The notes under the pieces are model-generated. The model saw only the letters and a program-made list of their open reading frames with translations. It searched no databases and was not told the DNA's origin. A stretch of DNA of 64,000 bases. It comes from an uncultured Bacteroidales bacterium. GTDB lineage: Bacteria; Bacteroidota; Bacteroidia; Bacteroidales; VadinHA17. Position numbers and translations under genes: made by a program. Location: positions 19,161 to 83,160 of the forward strand of contig CAVSZL010000013.1 of the NCBI GenBank assembly GCA_963732435.1, read 5' to 3'. Of the stretch, positions 41,188 to 53,825 are shown piece after piece (position 1 is the first letter of the stretch; each line of letters begins with the position of its first letter).

Positions 41188-43221
41188 ATGTTGATGAATG
41201 CTTTTAATGAGCTGAACTATAAAAGGATTGAAATGACCAAGAAAAATCCGGATGACTCTGTTCGTAATGAACAATTCGGAGCATCTGAAAATGCTGCCGA
41301 AACTGAGGATACTACAAAGATTTCCGACGTTCAAATGGGTGATAATCTGAAAGATATTCAGGTTAAAACAAAGAAACCGAGGAAAGAAATAGAGAAGAAG
41401 GAAGAAAGCGTTGAAATTGTTTCATTGCCCGAAATTATTATTGAGCATGATTCATTTAATGATGAGCATCATTTCGATGATGTGGAACTTCCTCCTGTTG
41501 ATTACTCTGGATATTCTAAACATGAACTTGTTGAAACTCTCGAACTTCTAATCGAAAACAGACCAACTCTTGAGATCAGGGATGATGTTGAACGGATTAA
41601 AGTTCTCTTCTATAAGAAATTGAAGAATGAGGCTGATGAAAGAAAGAGTAAATTTCTTGAATCCGGTGGAAAAATAGAAGATTACAGAGCTTGGGTTGAC
41701 TCGGATGATGCACATGTTAAAAACCTTCTCGAAAAATTCAAAGAGAAAAGATCAGATATTAGTAAGAATCAGGAAGCTGAAAAGTACAGCAACCTGAAGA
41801 AAAAGTACGATATAATCGATAAAATTAAAGATCTCGTTAACAGGGAAGAGTCAATTAATAAAACTTTTCATGACTTCCGGTCCCTTCAGAATGAGTGGCG
41901 TTCTATTGGTGTTGTTCCTCAAACATCGTTAAAGGACTTATGGGAAAATTACCACCATTATGTTGAAATGTTTTATGATTATATTAAAATAAATAAAGAG
42001 CTAAGAGATCTTGACCTCAAAAAGAACCTTGAAGCAAAAGTAGTGCTCTGTGAAAAAACAGAAGCACTTCTCCTTGAACCAAGTCCGGTAAATGCTTTTC
42101 GGTCATTACAGGACTTTCATAACCAGTGGCGCGAAATTGGACCAGTACCCATTGAGTCAAAAAATGAAATCTGGGAAAGATTTAAGGAGGCAACATTCCA
42201 GATCAACAAAAGGCATCATGAGTATTTTGAAAAGCAGAAGGATGATCAAAGGAAAAACCTTGATTCTAAAATAGCACTTTGCGAAGAGGTTGAGAATATT
42301 AATTCACTTGAAATAAGGAACTTTAAAGAGTTTGAAGATCAGGCTGATAAAATAGTGGAACTGCAGAAAATGTGGAGAACAATTGGTTTCGCTCCTAAAA
42401 AGCAGAATAATAAAGTATATCAGCGGTTTAGAGAGGCATGCGATGCTTTTTTCGAGAAAAAAAGAGGATTTTATGCTGATAATAAAGAGATACAACTTAA
42501 TAATCTACAGCGTAAAACTGAATTATGTGTTCAGGCTGAAGCTTTAGAGGAAAGTACTGATTGGAAGGCTACATCGGAAGCATTGATTAAACTTCAGAAG
42601 GAGTGGAAGGAGATAGGACCTGTCCCACGAAAACAATCCGAAAGGTGCTGGAAAAGGTTCCGCAAAGCCTGTGATCATTTCTTTAATAGAAAGACTCAGT
42701 TTTTTGCTTCACTCGATACTTCCTATGAAGACAACCTTAGGGCTAAAATAGCTATAATTGAGGAATTGGAGAAGTTCGTTCCTGGATCTGATGTTCAGGC
42801 TGCTTTCGAGCGGTTAAAAGATTTGCAGCGAAAATGGACTGATATCGGTTTTGTTCCTTTCAATATGAAAGACGAGATTACAAACCGTTACCGGAATGCT
42901 CTGAATAAAGAATTCGATAAACTGAAAATAGGTGAGGATGATAAGAGTATCCTTAAATATAAAACAAAACTTGATAGCCTGAAAGCTAATCCGAAAGCTT
43001 CAAGAAAAGTGCGAAATGAAAGAGATAAATTTTTCACGAAAATAAAGCAACTTGAAGGTGATATTGTCTTATGGGAAAATAATATTGGTTTTTTCGCTAA
43101 ATCTGCAAATGCAGATACTTTAATCAGGGAAGTTGAGGACAAAATTGAAAGTGCAAAAAAAATGATTAAAACTCTTGAAGAGAAAGTCAATATGATAGAC
43201 CAGTCGGGTCTTGATGAATAA
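41188..43221 (+). CDS. DUF349 domain-containing protein
   Basis: Repeated LQxEWxxIGxVP...WxRF motifs; true start may be ATG 41233. Confidence 0.88.
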   Translation: MLMNAFNELNYKRIEMTKKNPDDSVRNEQFGASENAAETEDTTKISDVQMGDNLKDIQVKTKKPRKEIEKKEESVEIVSLPEIIIEHDSFNDEHHFDDVELPPVDYSGYSKHELVETLELLIENRPTLEIRDDVERIKVLFYKKLKNEADERKSKFLESGGKIEDYRAWVDSDDAHVKNLLEKFKEKRSDISKNQEAEKYSNLKKKYDIIDKIKDLVNREESINKTFHDFRSLQNEWRSIGVVPQTSLKDLWENYHHYVEMFYDYIKINKELRDLDLKKNLEAKVVLCEKTEALLLEPSPVNAFRSLQDFHNQWREIGPVPIESKNEIWERFKEATFQINKRHHEYFEKQKDDQRKNLDSKIALCEEVENINSLEIRNFKEFEDQADKIVELQKMWRTIGFAPKKQNNKVYQRFREACDAFFEKKRGFYADNKEIQLNNLQRKTELCVQAEALEESTDWKATSEALIKLQKEWKEIGPVPRKQSERCWKRFRKACDHFFNRKTQFFASLDTSYEDNLRAKIAIIEELEKFVPGSDVQAAFERLKDLQRKWTDIGFVPFNMKDEITNRYRNALNKEFDKLKIGEDDKSILKYKTKLDSLKANPKASRKVRNERDKFFTKIKQLEGDIVLWENNIGFFAKSANADTLIREVEDKIESAKKMIKTLEEKVNMIDQSGLDE

Positions 43222-43251
43222 CATAAATTTTTAAAATATTATAAAACTTAA

Positions 43252-44865
<1,614 letters not shown>

Positions 44866-44953
44866 TTAAGTTTTTAATCAGTTGAAAATTAATTGTGCAT
44901 TCCTGAGTATTTAACAGAAAGAAACCCAAACAACAAAATAATCATCCTATATA

Positions 44954-46921
44954 ATGGACAGAAATACAATAACAGGCATAATTCTTATTTTTTTAATCTT
45001 TATAGGATTTAGTGTCTATAATAACAGCCGGATGAATAAATCATTTGAAAAGGCTGTAGCAGTTGCAGAAAATCATTATGCCAGTGGCGAACTTGAAACA
45101 GCCAGAGCTGAATATATAAATGCTCTCCGATTCAAGCCAAATCAACCGGATGCACTCGCAAAAATAAACGAAATTAATACTAAACTTGGTTTAAGTACAG
45201 GTATAGAGACAGTTGATACTATATCTCAGCAGAAGTCAGAAATTAAAATTGCGATCGATACCAATTCTTCTCAGCCTGTTGATTCAAAGCAATATGGAAT
45301 ATTTGCTGATGCTGCAAACGGAGAAAATGATTTCATCACACTTGAAAATAATAAAGTAGAACTTAAAATTGCACTTAAAGGAGGAAAGGTATACTCAGCC
45401 AGACTGAAGGATTACAGAACACATGATTCTCTTCCTTTGATCCTTTTTTCAGGCGATTCTACGGTTTTTGGTTTTAATTTCTTCACAGCTGATAACAAGG
45501 CAGTTCAGACTAATAACCTGTTTTTCACACCAGTTGAAGATCAGAAAAGCTATATTGTGAGTACTCAACCTCAAAGTATTAGGCTAAGATTATTGGCAGG
45601 TACAGACAACTATATCGAGTATAAATATACTCTTGCCCCTGATAAGTATATGGTTGACTTTGATGTAGTATTCAAATCAATGGAAGGTATTATCGCTCCA
45701 AATCAGAATAGTCTCACTTTAGACTGGAAAATGTATATTCCGCAACAGGAAATGGGGAGACAAAATGAGGAAAATTATAACGATATTAAGTATAAATATT
45801 ACCAGGATGATGTTGCGGGGCTAAAACAGAGGCAAAGCAAAGAAATTGAAGAGGCTGATATTACAACTAAACTTAGCTGGATTGCTTTTCAGGACCAGTT
45901 TTTTTCATCTGTACTCATCTCGAATGAATTCTTCTTAAATGGCTCAATATCATCAACTCGCACTTTAACATCTGAAAAATATTTACGTTTTAATACCTCT
46001 GAGGTCGGTGTTCCATTTAATCCGGCTTCTTCAAATGCTATTGGCATGAAGCTGTACTATGGACCAAATAGTATAAATGTACTTAAAGACGAAGGATTAG
46101 AACTAAGTAAGCTTGTCTTTCTTGGAAAGAATATTATTGGATGGATAAACAGATTTGGGATAATTCCCATATTTAACTGGCTGGATAATTACTTCACCAA
46201 TTATGGCCTTATAATATTAATACTAACCATTATTATTAAGCTTGTTCTCTTTCCACTTACTTTCAAATCATACCAGTCTACAGCAAAAATGCAGGTTCTT
46301 AAACCAATGGTAGATGAACTTGGAAAGAAATTCCCCAAGAAGGAAGATGCCATGAAAAAACAACAGGCTACCATGGATCTTTATAAAAGAGCAGGTGTAA
46401 ATCCGATGGGAGGATGTCTGCCGATGCTTCTTCAGATGCCTATTCTTTTTGCAATGTTCAGGTTTTTCCCTGTTTCAATTGAATTAAGACAGGAACACTT
46501 CCTCTGGGCTACAGACTTATCAACGTATGATTCTATATTGACTCTTCCGTTCACGATTCCTATGTATGGAAACCATGTGAGCCTTTTTACACTACTGATG
46601 ACAGCCTCAACATTACTGACAATGAAAATGACTGGCTCTACTCCCGGATCTGATCAGCCAGGCATGAAACTAATGATGTATATGATGCCGGTGATGTTTA
46701 TGCTGATTCTGAATAATTTCTCTTCAGGGCTTACTTATTATTATTTTCTTGCAAACATGATAACATATGGTCAAAATATAATTTCGAAGAGATTTATTAA
46801 TGCAGATGCCATACTTGCAACATTTGAAGAGAATAAAAAGAAACCTTTGAAAAAATCTAAATGGCAGCAAAGATTGGAATCAGCAGCCAAACAAAGGGGT
46901 ATTAATCCACCTAAAAAATAA
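44954..46921 (+). CDS. yidC: Membrane protein insertase YidC with TPR-like insertion
   Basis: YYGPN, NYGLIILILT, GVNPMGGCLP, FLWATDLS, GLTYYY. Confidence 0.95.
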   Translation: MDRNTITGIILIFLIFIGFSVYNNSRMNKSFEKAVAVAENHYASGELETARAEYINALRFKPNQPDALAKINEINTKLGLSTGIETVDTISQQKSEIKIAIDTNSSQPVDSKQYGIFADAANGENDFITLENNKVELKIALKGGKVYSARLKDYRTHDSLPLILFSGDSTVFGFNFFTADNKAVQTNNLFFTPVEDQKSYIVSTQPQSIRLRLLAGTDNYIEYKYTLAPDKYMVDFDVVFKSMEGIIAPNQNSLTLDWKMYIPQQEMGRQNEENYNDIKYKYYQDDVAGLKQRQSKEIEEADITTKLSWIAFQDQFFSSVLISNEFFLNGSISSTRTLTSEKYLRFNTSEVGVPFNPASSNAIGMKLYYGPNSINVLKDEGLELSKLVFLGKNIIGWINRFGIIPIFNWLDNYFTNYGLIILILTIIIKLVLFPLTFKSYQSTAKMQVLKPMVDELGKKFPKKEDAMKKQQATMDLYKRAGVNPMGGCLPMLLQMPILFAMFRFFPVSIELRQEHFLWATDLSTYDSILTLPFTIPMYGNHVSLFTLLMTASTLLTMKMTGSTPGSDQPGMKLMMYMMPVMFMLILNNFSSGLTYYYFLANMITYGQNIISKRFINADAILATFEENKKKPLKKSKWQQRLESAAKQRGINPPKK

Positions 46922-46942
46922 TTACAATTTCTTATGATATTG

Positions 46943-46978
46943 AAGAGGTATTTCTGATGTAATACCTCTTTCTTTTTT
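46943..46978 (+). terminator. Intrinsic terminator after yidC
   Basis: AAGAGGTATT-8nt-AATACCTCTT followed by TCTTTTTT. Confidence 0.8.
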
Positions 46979-47051
46979 ATATCTTGGACATTGAAAATTG
47001 TCACCTACTCTTAAAATTGAGTAAATTTATTTTTTTCCAATCTTTCTTTTA

Positions 47052-48086
47052 ATGGGCAAAAAGATCAGACATATAGATATTGCAGAAAAATTATCCTTGT
47101 CGAAAACTTTAGTATCTCTTGTGCTTAATAATAAAGCTGATCAACATGGCATTCGTAAAGAGACTCAGGAAAAAGTTCTTGCCACTGCCAGGCAAATGGG
47201 TTATTTTGAGAACCTCCATGAAAGTAATTCTACTTCACCTGTTGAGGAGAGACCGGGTGTTGTTGGGTTTTTCGTACCCAATATTAACGATCCATTTGTA
47301 AATCAGTTAACTCCCCATCTTCATAACGCATTTTCAGCGATTGGAATGGGATTAACATTAATTACACTTGATACGGACGATCAGAGATATACCAGGATGA
47401 TAAACGCCTTTCGAAAGTTTCTGACTGGCATGATAATTTTAGGTGATGCCTTAGATGAGAACACTTTAAGAATTCTCAGGACAACGAATTTTCCATTAAT
47501 AATCCTCGAGGGGACCAGGACTAATCTTATATTAAATTCATTGAGCAGTGATAATGTGGTAGGAGCTGATCTTGTTATAAACCATATTGAAAAACTCAGA
47601 TACAAAAACATCTTAATAATTGTTGAGAAGAAATCACTCAAATCTTATGCAGATGCATTAAAGTTATTAACTATAAGTATCAGAAAGAAGTCCGGATTAA
47701 ATGATCCAGTTGTCGCTGAGGTTGATAATTTGAATTATTCTGAAGAATTTGATCTTGGTCAAATTTTAACATATTTGTCGCATCCTTTCAGGGCGGATGT
47801 TATTTTAATTATGAATGCAGGTCTTGTGTATCCGGTTATGTCATCCCTTTATCAAAAGAAGATCAGAGTTCCCCAGGATATTGCTATTATTTCAATGGAA
47901 GAAGGCATCGGTTTCGACCTAATACATTCTCCCGTAACCACTCTGCGGAAACCTCTTTCCGAAATTGCTGGAAAACTTGCCACTATTTTGTGGTCTGAGA
48001 TAAGAAACTCAGGTAAAGGGAAGTTTATCCGGCAAATAAAAATTCCCCCTCTTTTAATTGTCCGAAAGTCGTGTGGAACTATTTAA
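47052..48086 (+). CDS. LacI-family transcriptional regulator
   Basis: DIAEKLSLSKTLVSLVLN HTH, PQDIAII, RKS terminus. Confidence 0.88.
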   Translation: MGKKIRHIDIAEKLSLSKTLVSLVLNNKADQHGIRKETQEKVLATARQMGYFENLHESNSTSPVEERPGVVGFFVPNINDPFVNQLTPHLHNAFSAIGMGLTLITLDTDDQRYTRMINAFRKFLTGMIILGDALDENTLRILRTTNFPLIILEGTRTNLILNSLSSDNVVGADLVINHIEKLRYKNILIIVEKKSLKSYADALKLLTISIRKKSGLNDPVVAEVDNLNYSEEFDLGQILTYLSHPFRADVILIMNAGLVYPVMSSLYQKKIRVPQDIAIISMEEGIGFDLIHSPVTTLRKPLSEIAGKLATILWSEIRNSGKGKFIRQIKIPPLLIVRKSCGTI

Positions 48087-48225
48087 GAATTATATTTCCT
48101 CCCCTGGTGAGAATAAAGGATCTAAATTTCGAGCACTCCCTACGGAGCGGGACTTCTATAGCTGCAATTGTTAATAAATGTTGATATCTGTTATTTTAAG
48201 GGGTTAAAATATAGTATATAAATTA

Positions 48226-48233
48226 TATATTTG
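48226..48233 (+). promoter_or_regulatory. -7 promoter box for the riboswitch/btu transcript
   Basis: TATATTTG immediately 5' of the riboswitch. Confidence 0.7.
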
Positions 48234-48239
48234 CCTAAG

Positions 48240-48432
48240 TTTTGGTTTAGCAACATGATATGTAATGTTGCTATTAAAAGGGAATACGGTTTGAATCCGT
48301 AACAGTACCCGCTGCTGTGATACCTGATCACGTTTTGCGTGATGATGGTTTACTGAAATACCTGCCACTGTCCGGTTTAGTAAGGATGGGAAGGCTTCAG
48401 AAAACCGGGATAAGTCAGAAGACCTGCCAGAC
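48240..48432 (+). ncRNA. Cobalamin riboswitch
   Basis: AAAAGGGAAtacGGTttgAAtCCg, CCCgctgCTGTga, GCCACTG, GGGAAGGc and B12 box AGTCAGAAGACCTGCC; upstream of B12 uptake genes. Confidence 0.93.
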
Positions 48433-48595
48433 AATTAAATATTCAAAGCTTTCGGGAAAAAAAGCGCTGGATCATTTATGATTCCTCTCTTTAAAATTCC
48501 CATTGGCCAAAAACGTTAGTTGATGAAATGATCATCGTATTGTTGTTGCATTGAAAATAGTTTAACAGCAGTAAGAGTTTTTAATAAAAGACCAA

Positions 48596-50512
48596 TTGAA
48601 GAATACTGTTTTATATTTTGTATTTCTGCTCTCCTTGCCATTGCATGGACAATTATCCAATTTATATGATACTATCAAAATTAAGGAAGTAGTTATTAGC
48701 CGAAATGAAAATAATTCATATCCGGTTGGCTACAAAATAAATACAGTAGACTCATTGACACTAAAATTCTATAGCCATAATTCGATCGCAGAGATTCTCT
48801 CAGAATATTCCGGAATACCGGTTAAAAGTTATGGTATGGGGGGATCAGCTATGCCCAATTTCAGAGGAACAGGTTCAAGCCACACTCAGATTAGATGGAA
48901 TGGTATTAATATTAACAATCCTATGTTGGGGCAGGCAGACATTTCAATATTACCTGTCGGAATGGTAGATGATATACAAGTCTATTATGGTGGTGCTTCA
49001 ATGGAAGTTAATAGTGGAGGAATAGGAGGTAGTATAAACCTTGAAACGAAACCCTCCTGGAAAAAGGAGACGGTATTAACAATAAATCCGGGGATCGAAA
49101 GCTTTGGAAGGTACTCCGGATTGGTAAAGGTTAAAAGTGGAAATCTTAAATTTCAGACTGTTACGAAGGCTTTCATTCAGCATTATGAGAATTCATTCAG
49201 ATACCTTAATGCTGAAAGCAGTTCACTTCCAGTATGGGAAAAAAGAGAGAATAGTCAGATAAGACAGCAGGGATTTATACAGGAACTATATTATAGAAAT
49301 TCAAATCAAACTGCATCAGCCAGAGTATGGTATCAATCAGCCGACAGAAATCTTCCCGGATCCATGCTCACACAGAACGTGAATACACCAGAAAAGCAGT
49401 CCGATGAGTCATTTCGGACAATGCTTAATTATAATATTAAAAGCGGAACTGCTGATTATTTAATTTCAGCGGCTTATATGATATCACGACTAAATTACAC
49501 TAATCGTCTTGTATCAATTGACTCAAGAAACAATTCAGAAACATTTGTATTTAATACCGGAATGGAAAAAAAAGCAGGAGAACATACTACCTTGAAATTC
49601 AATATTAATGACGAGCTGACAATTATCAAAACAAATAATTATGCTGAGAATGCAAAAAGGAATATGGTTTCATTTACGGGCATAATTGAAAGAACATTTG
49701 CCAGCAGAGTGAATACTTCTCTGCTTATCCGGGAAATATTGAGTGACAACAAACTGTTGATTCCAGATTTGTCTGCCGGTGCGCAACTAAGATTTTCAGA
49801 GGATAAAGGTCATTTCCTTAAAGCAAATTTCAGCAGAAATTCAAAAATTCCGACAATGAATGATATGTACTGGGTACCCGGGGGAAATTCTGAATTGAAA
49901 AATGAGTATGCATTCATTTACGAACTTACTTATGAATTGAAACAGAAAATTTCTTCCCCTTTAAACCTGAACTTTGATATGACTTTCTTCCACAACAATA
50001 TTAAGGATATGATTCAATGGTATCCTGGGAAATACTCCTACTGGACTGCAGAAAATATTAAGAATGTAAAAACAACGGGCATTGAATCGTCGGTAATGAT
50101 GAGTTACTCGGTTAATAATATTTTTTCAAGTCTTAAAGCCAATTATTCCTATACAAAAGCATACTCAGTTGGTTCAACTGAAAATGCAAATTCTTCTTCA
50201 GGTAAGCAATTAATATATGTTCCTCAAAACCAGGCTAATGTATTATTTAATATTAAATACAAAAAAACTTATACTTCCTGGATAGCAAACATGGTAGGGA
50301 TAAGGTACATAACACCTGATAATTCAAAATATCTGCCCGGATATTTTTTAAATAGTGCTTTGATCGGTGTTAAATTGAAATTGAAAAATCATTCCCTTGA
50401 TACGACTTTCAATATTGATAATATTTTTAATGTCAGCTATCAGACTATTGCCTACTATCCACTGCCGGGTCGCGCATACTCTCTGAAACTTTTAATTCAA
50501 ATTAATATTTAA
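48596..50512 (+). CDS. btuB: TonB-dependent receptor, BtuB-like
   Basis: EVVIS TonB-box-like, plug motif FRGTGSSHT..NG..IN, NIFN..Y and PLPGR C-terminus; riboswitch upstream. Confidence 0.85.
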   Translation: MKNTVLYFVFLLSLPLHGQLSNLYDTIKIKEVVISRNENNSYPVGYKINTVDSLTLKFYSHNSIAEILSEYSGIPVKSYGMGGSAMPNFRGTGSSHTQIRWNGININNPMLGQADISILPVGMVDDIQVYYGGASMEVNSGGIGGSINLETKPSWKKETVLTINPGIESFGRYSGLVKVKSGNLKFQTVTKAFIQHYENSFRYLNAESSSLPVWEKRENSQIRQQGFIQELYYRNSNQTASARVWYQSADRNLPGSMLTQNVNTPEKQSDESFRTMLNYNIKSGTADYLISAAYMISRLNYTNRLVSIDSRNNSETFVFNTGMEKKAGEHTTLKFNINDELTIIKTNNYAENAKRNMVSFTGIIERTFASRVNTSLLIREILSDNKLLIPDLSAGAQLRFSEDKGHFLKANFSRNSKIPTMNDMYWVPGGNSELKNEYAFIYELTYELKQKISSPLNLNFDMTFFHNNIKDMIQWYPGKYSYWTAENIKNVKTTGIESSVMMSYSVNNIFSSLKANYSYTKAYSVGSTENANSSSGKQLIYVPQNQANVLFNIKYKKTYTSWIANMVGIRYITPDNSKYLPGYFLNSALIGVKLKLKNHSLDTTFNIDNIFNVSYQTIAYYPLPGRAYSLKLLIQINI

Positions 50513-50523
50513 TAGAGATTATT

Positions 50524-51564
50524 ATGAAAATTTATGTCCGATTTATTTTGCTTTTAACACTGCTATCCTCATGTATAAAATCGCCGGAAGGAACAGTTGG
50601 GACATTTTTGACAGGCAGTGGTGTTTTTATTCTTAATGAGGGGAATTTCAGAGGTGGGAATGGTTCTGTTTCTTTTTACTCATATGATTCTGTTGACATT
50701 TACAATGATTTGTTTTCAAAAGTAAACGGCAGACCATTGGGTGATGTGCCTAACTCAATGCAATTGAATGGTGCAAACGCATATATTGCTGTAAATAACT
50801 CCGGAAAAATAGAGGTTGTGGATAAAACTACTATGGAATCAGTAGCTACCATAAGTGGCTTGATTTCACCACGAAATATTCATTTTGTGAATAAAGATTT
50901 TGGTTATGTTACAAGCTTGTACTCCGACTCGGTGGCGATAATTAATGTAAGAACAAATTCAATTTCAGGTTATATTAATTTAAGACGAACCTCCGAAACA
51001 ATTGTAGCATCTGAAAATTTTGCTTTTGTTTCTAACTGGGTAGGAGGAAATGAATTAATGGTTATAAATACTACAACAAATAAAATTGTAGATTCAGTAA
51101 AGGTCGCTGTCGAACCTGAAAGTATGGTTTTAGACAAGAATAATATGCTTTGGGTATTGTGTAATGGGGGATGGGCACGACAAAACTTTGCTGAATTGAT
51201 TAAAATAGATACAAGAACCAGAAGAATAGAAAAACGTCTGGTTTTTCCTGATAAGTTAGCTTCACCTTCCTGCCTGAATATTGATGGATCCGGTGAAACA
51301 TTATATTATCTTGATGGAGGAGTAAGAAAAATGAGCATTACATCTTCATCATTACCTTCTTCAGCATTCATCCCAGAAGAAAATCAATACTTCTATAAAT
51401 TTGGGGTTAATCCTGTTAATGGAGATATTTTCATAACTGATGCCATAGATTTTCAGCAAAAAGGAGTTGTATTGTACCATGATAAGACCGGACAACTGAT
51501 TTCAACTCTTAAAGCTGATATTATTCCCGGTCTGATGTGTTTTAAACTGGTTAAATCATATTGA
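50524..51564 (+). CDS. btuG: BtuG-like beta-propeller B12-binding lipoprotein (YncE/DUF5074)
   Basis: LSSC lipobox, NEGNF..GNGS, LGDV.NS, VNNSGKIEV, SPR. Confidence 0.8.
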   Translation: MKIYVRFILLLTLLSSCIKSPEGTVGTFLTGSGVFILNEGNFRGGNGSVSFYSYDSVDIYNDLFSKVNGRPLGDVPNSMQLNGANAYIAVNNSGKIEVVDKTTMESVATISGLISPRNIHFVNKDFGYVTSLYSDSVAIINVRTNSISGYINLRRTSETIVASENFAFVSNWVGGNELMVINTTTNKIVDSVKVAVEPESMVLDKNNMLWVLCNGGWARQNFAELIKIDTRTRRIEKRLVFPDKLASPSCLNIDGSGETLYYLDGGVRKMSITSSSLPSSAFIPEENQYFYKFGVNPVNGDIFITDAIDFQQKGVVLYHDKTGQLISTLKADIIPGLMCFKLVKSY

Positions 51565-51569
51565 ACTAA

Positions 51570-52745
51570 ATGCGGCAGAATCAAATAACAGGCTCCAGTC
51601 TTAATTGTTGCTTATCAATCTGTTTCCTGATATTGTGTGCTACTTCCTGCATTAGATCAGAAGAAAAAAAAGGAATTAAAAAATCTTCAGAAGATACATC
51701 AGTTACCCATCATGCGGAAAGATTTAGAATTGTAAAGAAAACCGGATATACTCAAATAACTATTATTAATCCTTGGCAGGGTGCCAGTAATGTAAACCAG
51801 ACCTATTCCCTTGTAAAAAGAGGAGACATGTTACCGGATGGGCTCAATTCCTCAAATGTTATTTACGTCCCGGTCAGAAATATAATCTGTATGTCAACCA
51901 CTCATGTATCAATGATATCTGAATTAGATGAAGTTGAATCAATTGTAGGTTTATCAGGAACCGGATTCATATTTTCGGCCCCTGTAAAAGAATACATAAT
52001 GAAAGGGGCTGTTGCAGATGTAGGATATGAAGCAAACTTAAATAAAGAGCTGATCATGAGTATTTCACCCGACCTGATTATGATGTATGGTGTTGGAAGT
52101 GAATCAGCTGGCTACATTGGTAAATTACGAGAATTAGGTGTTAATGTGATTTTTAATGCCGACTATCTTGAAGATAATCCTTTGGGCAAGGCAGAATGGA
52201 TTAAGGTTTTTGGTGCACTATACTGTAAAGAAAACATTGCGGATAGTATTTTTAATAATGAAGTGTTAAATTATCATAAAATAGTAAAGTACATATATGA
52301 AGACCTTTCATACAGACCAAAAGTCTTGCTGGGACTTCCTTATAAGGAGACATGGTATATTTCACCTGCAAATTCATATATAAGCAGATTGATCAGTGAT
52401 GCTGGTGGCGAGTACCTTTGGAATGATACAGAATCATCAGTATCTATGCCTTTTGGCATCGAGAACGTATATATGCGGGCTTTGAATGCTGATTACTGGT
52501 TGAATACAGGAACAGCCACCTCAAAAGAAGAGATTAATTTTATAGACACAAGGCTCAGCGAGCTTCCTTGTTTTAAAAAAGGTAATCTTTTTAATAATAT
52601 CAAAAGGATTAATGAATCAGGAGGAAATGATTATTGGGAAAGCGGAACTGTTCATCCTCACCTTATTCTTAAGGACATTGCTTCAATTTTGCACCCTGAA
52701 TTATTTTCTGATCATGAGTTGTTTTTCTACCAAAGGATTAATTAA
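51570..52745 (+). CDS. btuF: ABC transporter substrate-binding lipoprotein, BtuF-like
   Basis: PVRNIICMSTTH, DYLEDNPLGKAEWIK, NDYWESG..HPH.IL.D. Confidence 0.8.
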   Translation: MRQNQITGSSLNCCLSICFLILCATSCIRSEEKKGIKKSSEDTSVTHHAERFRIVKKTGYTQITIINPWQGASNVNQTYSLVKRGDMLPDGLNSSNVIYVPVRNIICMSTTHVSMISELDEVESIVGLSGTGFIFSAPVKEYIMKGAVADVGYEANLNKELIMSISPDLIMMYGVGSESAGYIGKLRELGVNVIFNADYLEDNPLGKAEWIKVFGALYCKENIADSIFNNEVLNYHKIVKYIYEDLSYRPKVLLGLPYKETWYISPANSYISRLISDAGGEYLWNDTESSVSMPFGIENVYMRALNADYWLNTGTATSKEEINFIDTRLSELPCFKKGNLFNNIKRINESGGNDYWESGTVHPHLILKDIASILHPELFSDHELFFYQRIN

Positions 52746-52756
52746 TTATCAACCAT

Positions 52757-53812
52757 TTGAAACCGGGAACTGACATATCTGAAAATTATAAGGATAAGAA
52801 TCTATTCCTTTTTACAGTTATTTTGCTGCTGCTTATAATTCTGTTCATTTTGGATATAATTTTAGGTTCTGTGAGTATCCGATTGTCCGAGATTATAAAT
52901 GCTTTGAATTCAGATGGTGACAACATCTTTGAAACGATTATTTTAAAATTCAGATTACCCAAAGCAATAACTGCATTGATGGTAGGTATGGCTTTATCAG
53001 TAAGTGGATTGCAGATGCAGACAGTCTTCAGGAATCCAATGGCCGGACCAGATGTACTGGGAATAAGCTCAGGTGCCAGTCTGGGAGTTGCATTTATTAT
53101 CCTGGGATTTTCTTCTCAAATCTCTATTCAGAGCTTTGAAGGATTAGGAAACTGGATATTGGTTGTAGCCTCATGGATAGGAGCAGGAGCAGTAATGATG
53201 CTGATAATGTACCTCTCTTCACGCATAAAAGATATAATGACAATTCTGATAATGGGTATCATGCTCTCGAGCGGTATATCTGCAATAGTAACTTTGATGC
53301 AGTATTTCAGCAATGAGACTATGTTGAAAGCATATGTAATTTGGACTATGGGGAGTCTTGGCAACCTAACTTCAGGCCAGCTGAATGTTCTTCTAATTTC
53401 AGTAATCACTGGTTTGCTGATATCCCTTTCCTCGGGTAAGATGTTAAATGCCTTATTGCTGGGCGAGAATTATGCAGGTAGTATTGGTCTGAATGTCAGG
53501 TTAGCAAGGATAATGATCTTTTCCTGCACGAGTATTCTTACCGGTACTGTCACTGCATTTTGTGGGCCAATAGGTTTTATAGGTATAGCTGTTCCTCATT
53601 TGACCAGATATATTTTCAGAACTTCAGATCATAAAGTTTTAATTCCGGCTACAATCCTTACAGGAGGTACGGTTATGTTGGCATGCGATATAATTTCACA
53701 GCTTCCGGGTTATAACAGTGTACTTCCTATAAATGCAATTACCTCACTTATAGGTATTCCGGTTGTTATCTGGGTCATATTCAAAAACCGAAATTATTCA
53801 GGAATATTCTAA
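52757..53812 (+). CDS. btuC: FecCD-family ABC permease, BtuC-like
   Basis: FRLPK, MQTVFRNPMAGP, GENYA.SIG, GPIGFIGIAVPH. Confidence 0.85.
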   Translation: MKPGTDISENYKDKNLFLFTVILLLLIILFILDIILGSVSIRLSEIINALNSDGDNIFETIILKFRLPKAITALMVGMALSVSGLQMQTVFRNPMAGPDVLGISSGASLGVAFIILGFSSQISIQSFEGLGNWILVVASWIGAGAVMMLIMYLSSRIKDIMTILIMGIMLSSGISAIVTLMQYFSNETMLKAYVIWTMGSLGNLTSGQLNVLLISVITGLLISLSSGKMLNALLLGENYAGSIGLNVRLARIMIFSCTSILTGTVTAFCGPIGFIGIAVPHLTRYIFRTSDHKVLIPATILTGGTVMLACDIISQLPGYNSVLPINAITSLIGIPVVIWVIFKNRNYSGIF

Positions 53813-53825
53813 CATCGAAGGCATA

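Noticed and set aside
48131-48151. CTCC-CTAC-GGAG mini-palindrome resembling a REP element
   Set aside because: Single short copy with no transposase or partner repeat seen
48204-48434. 76-aa minus-strand ORF
   Set aside because: It is the antisense shadow of the cobalamin riboswitch
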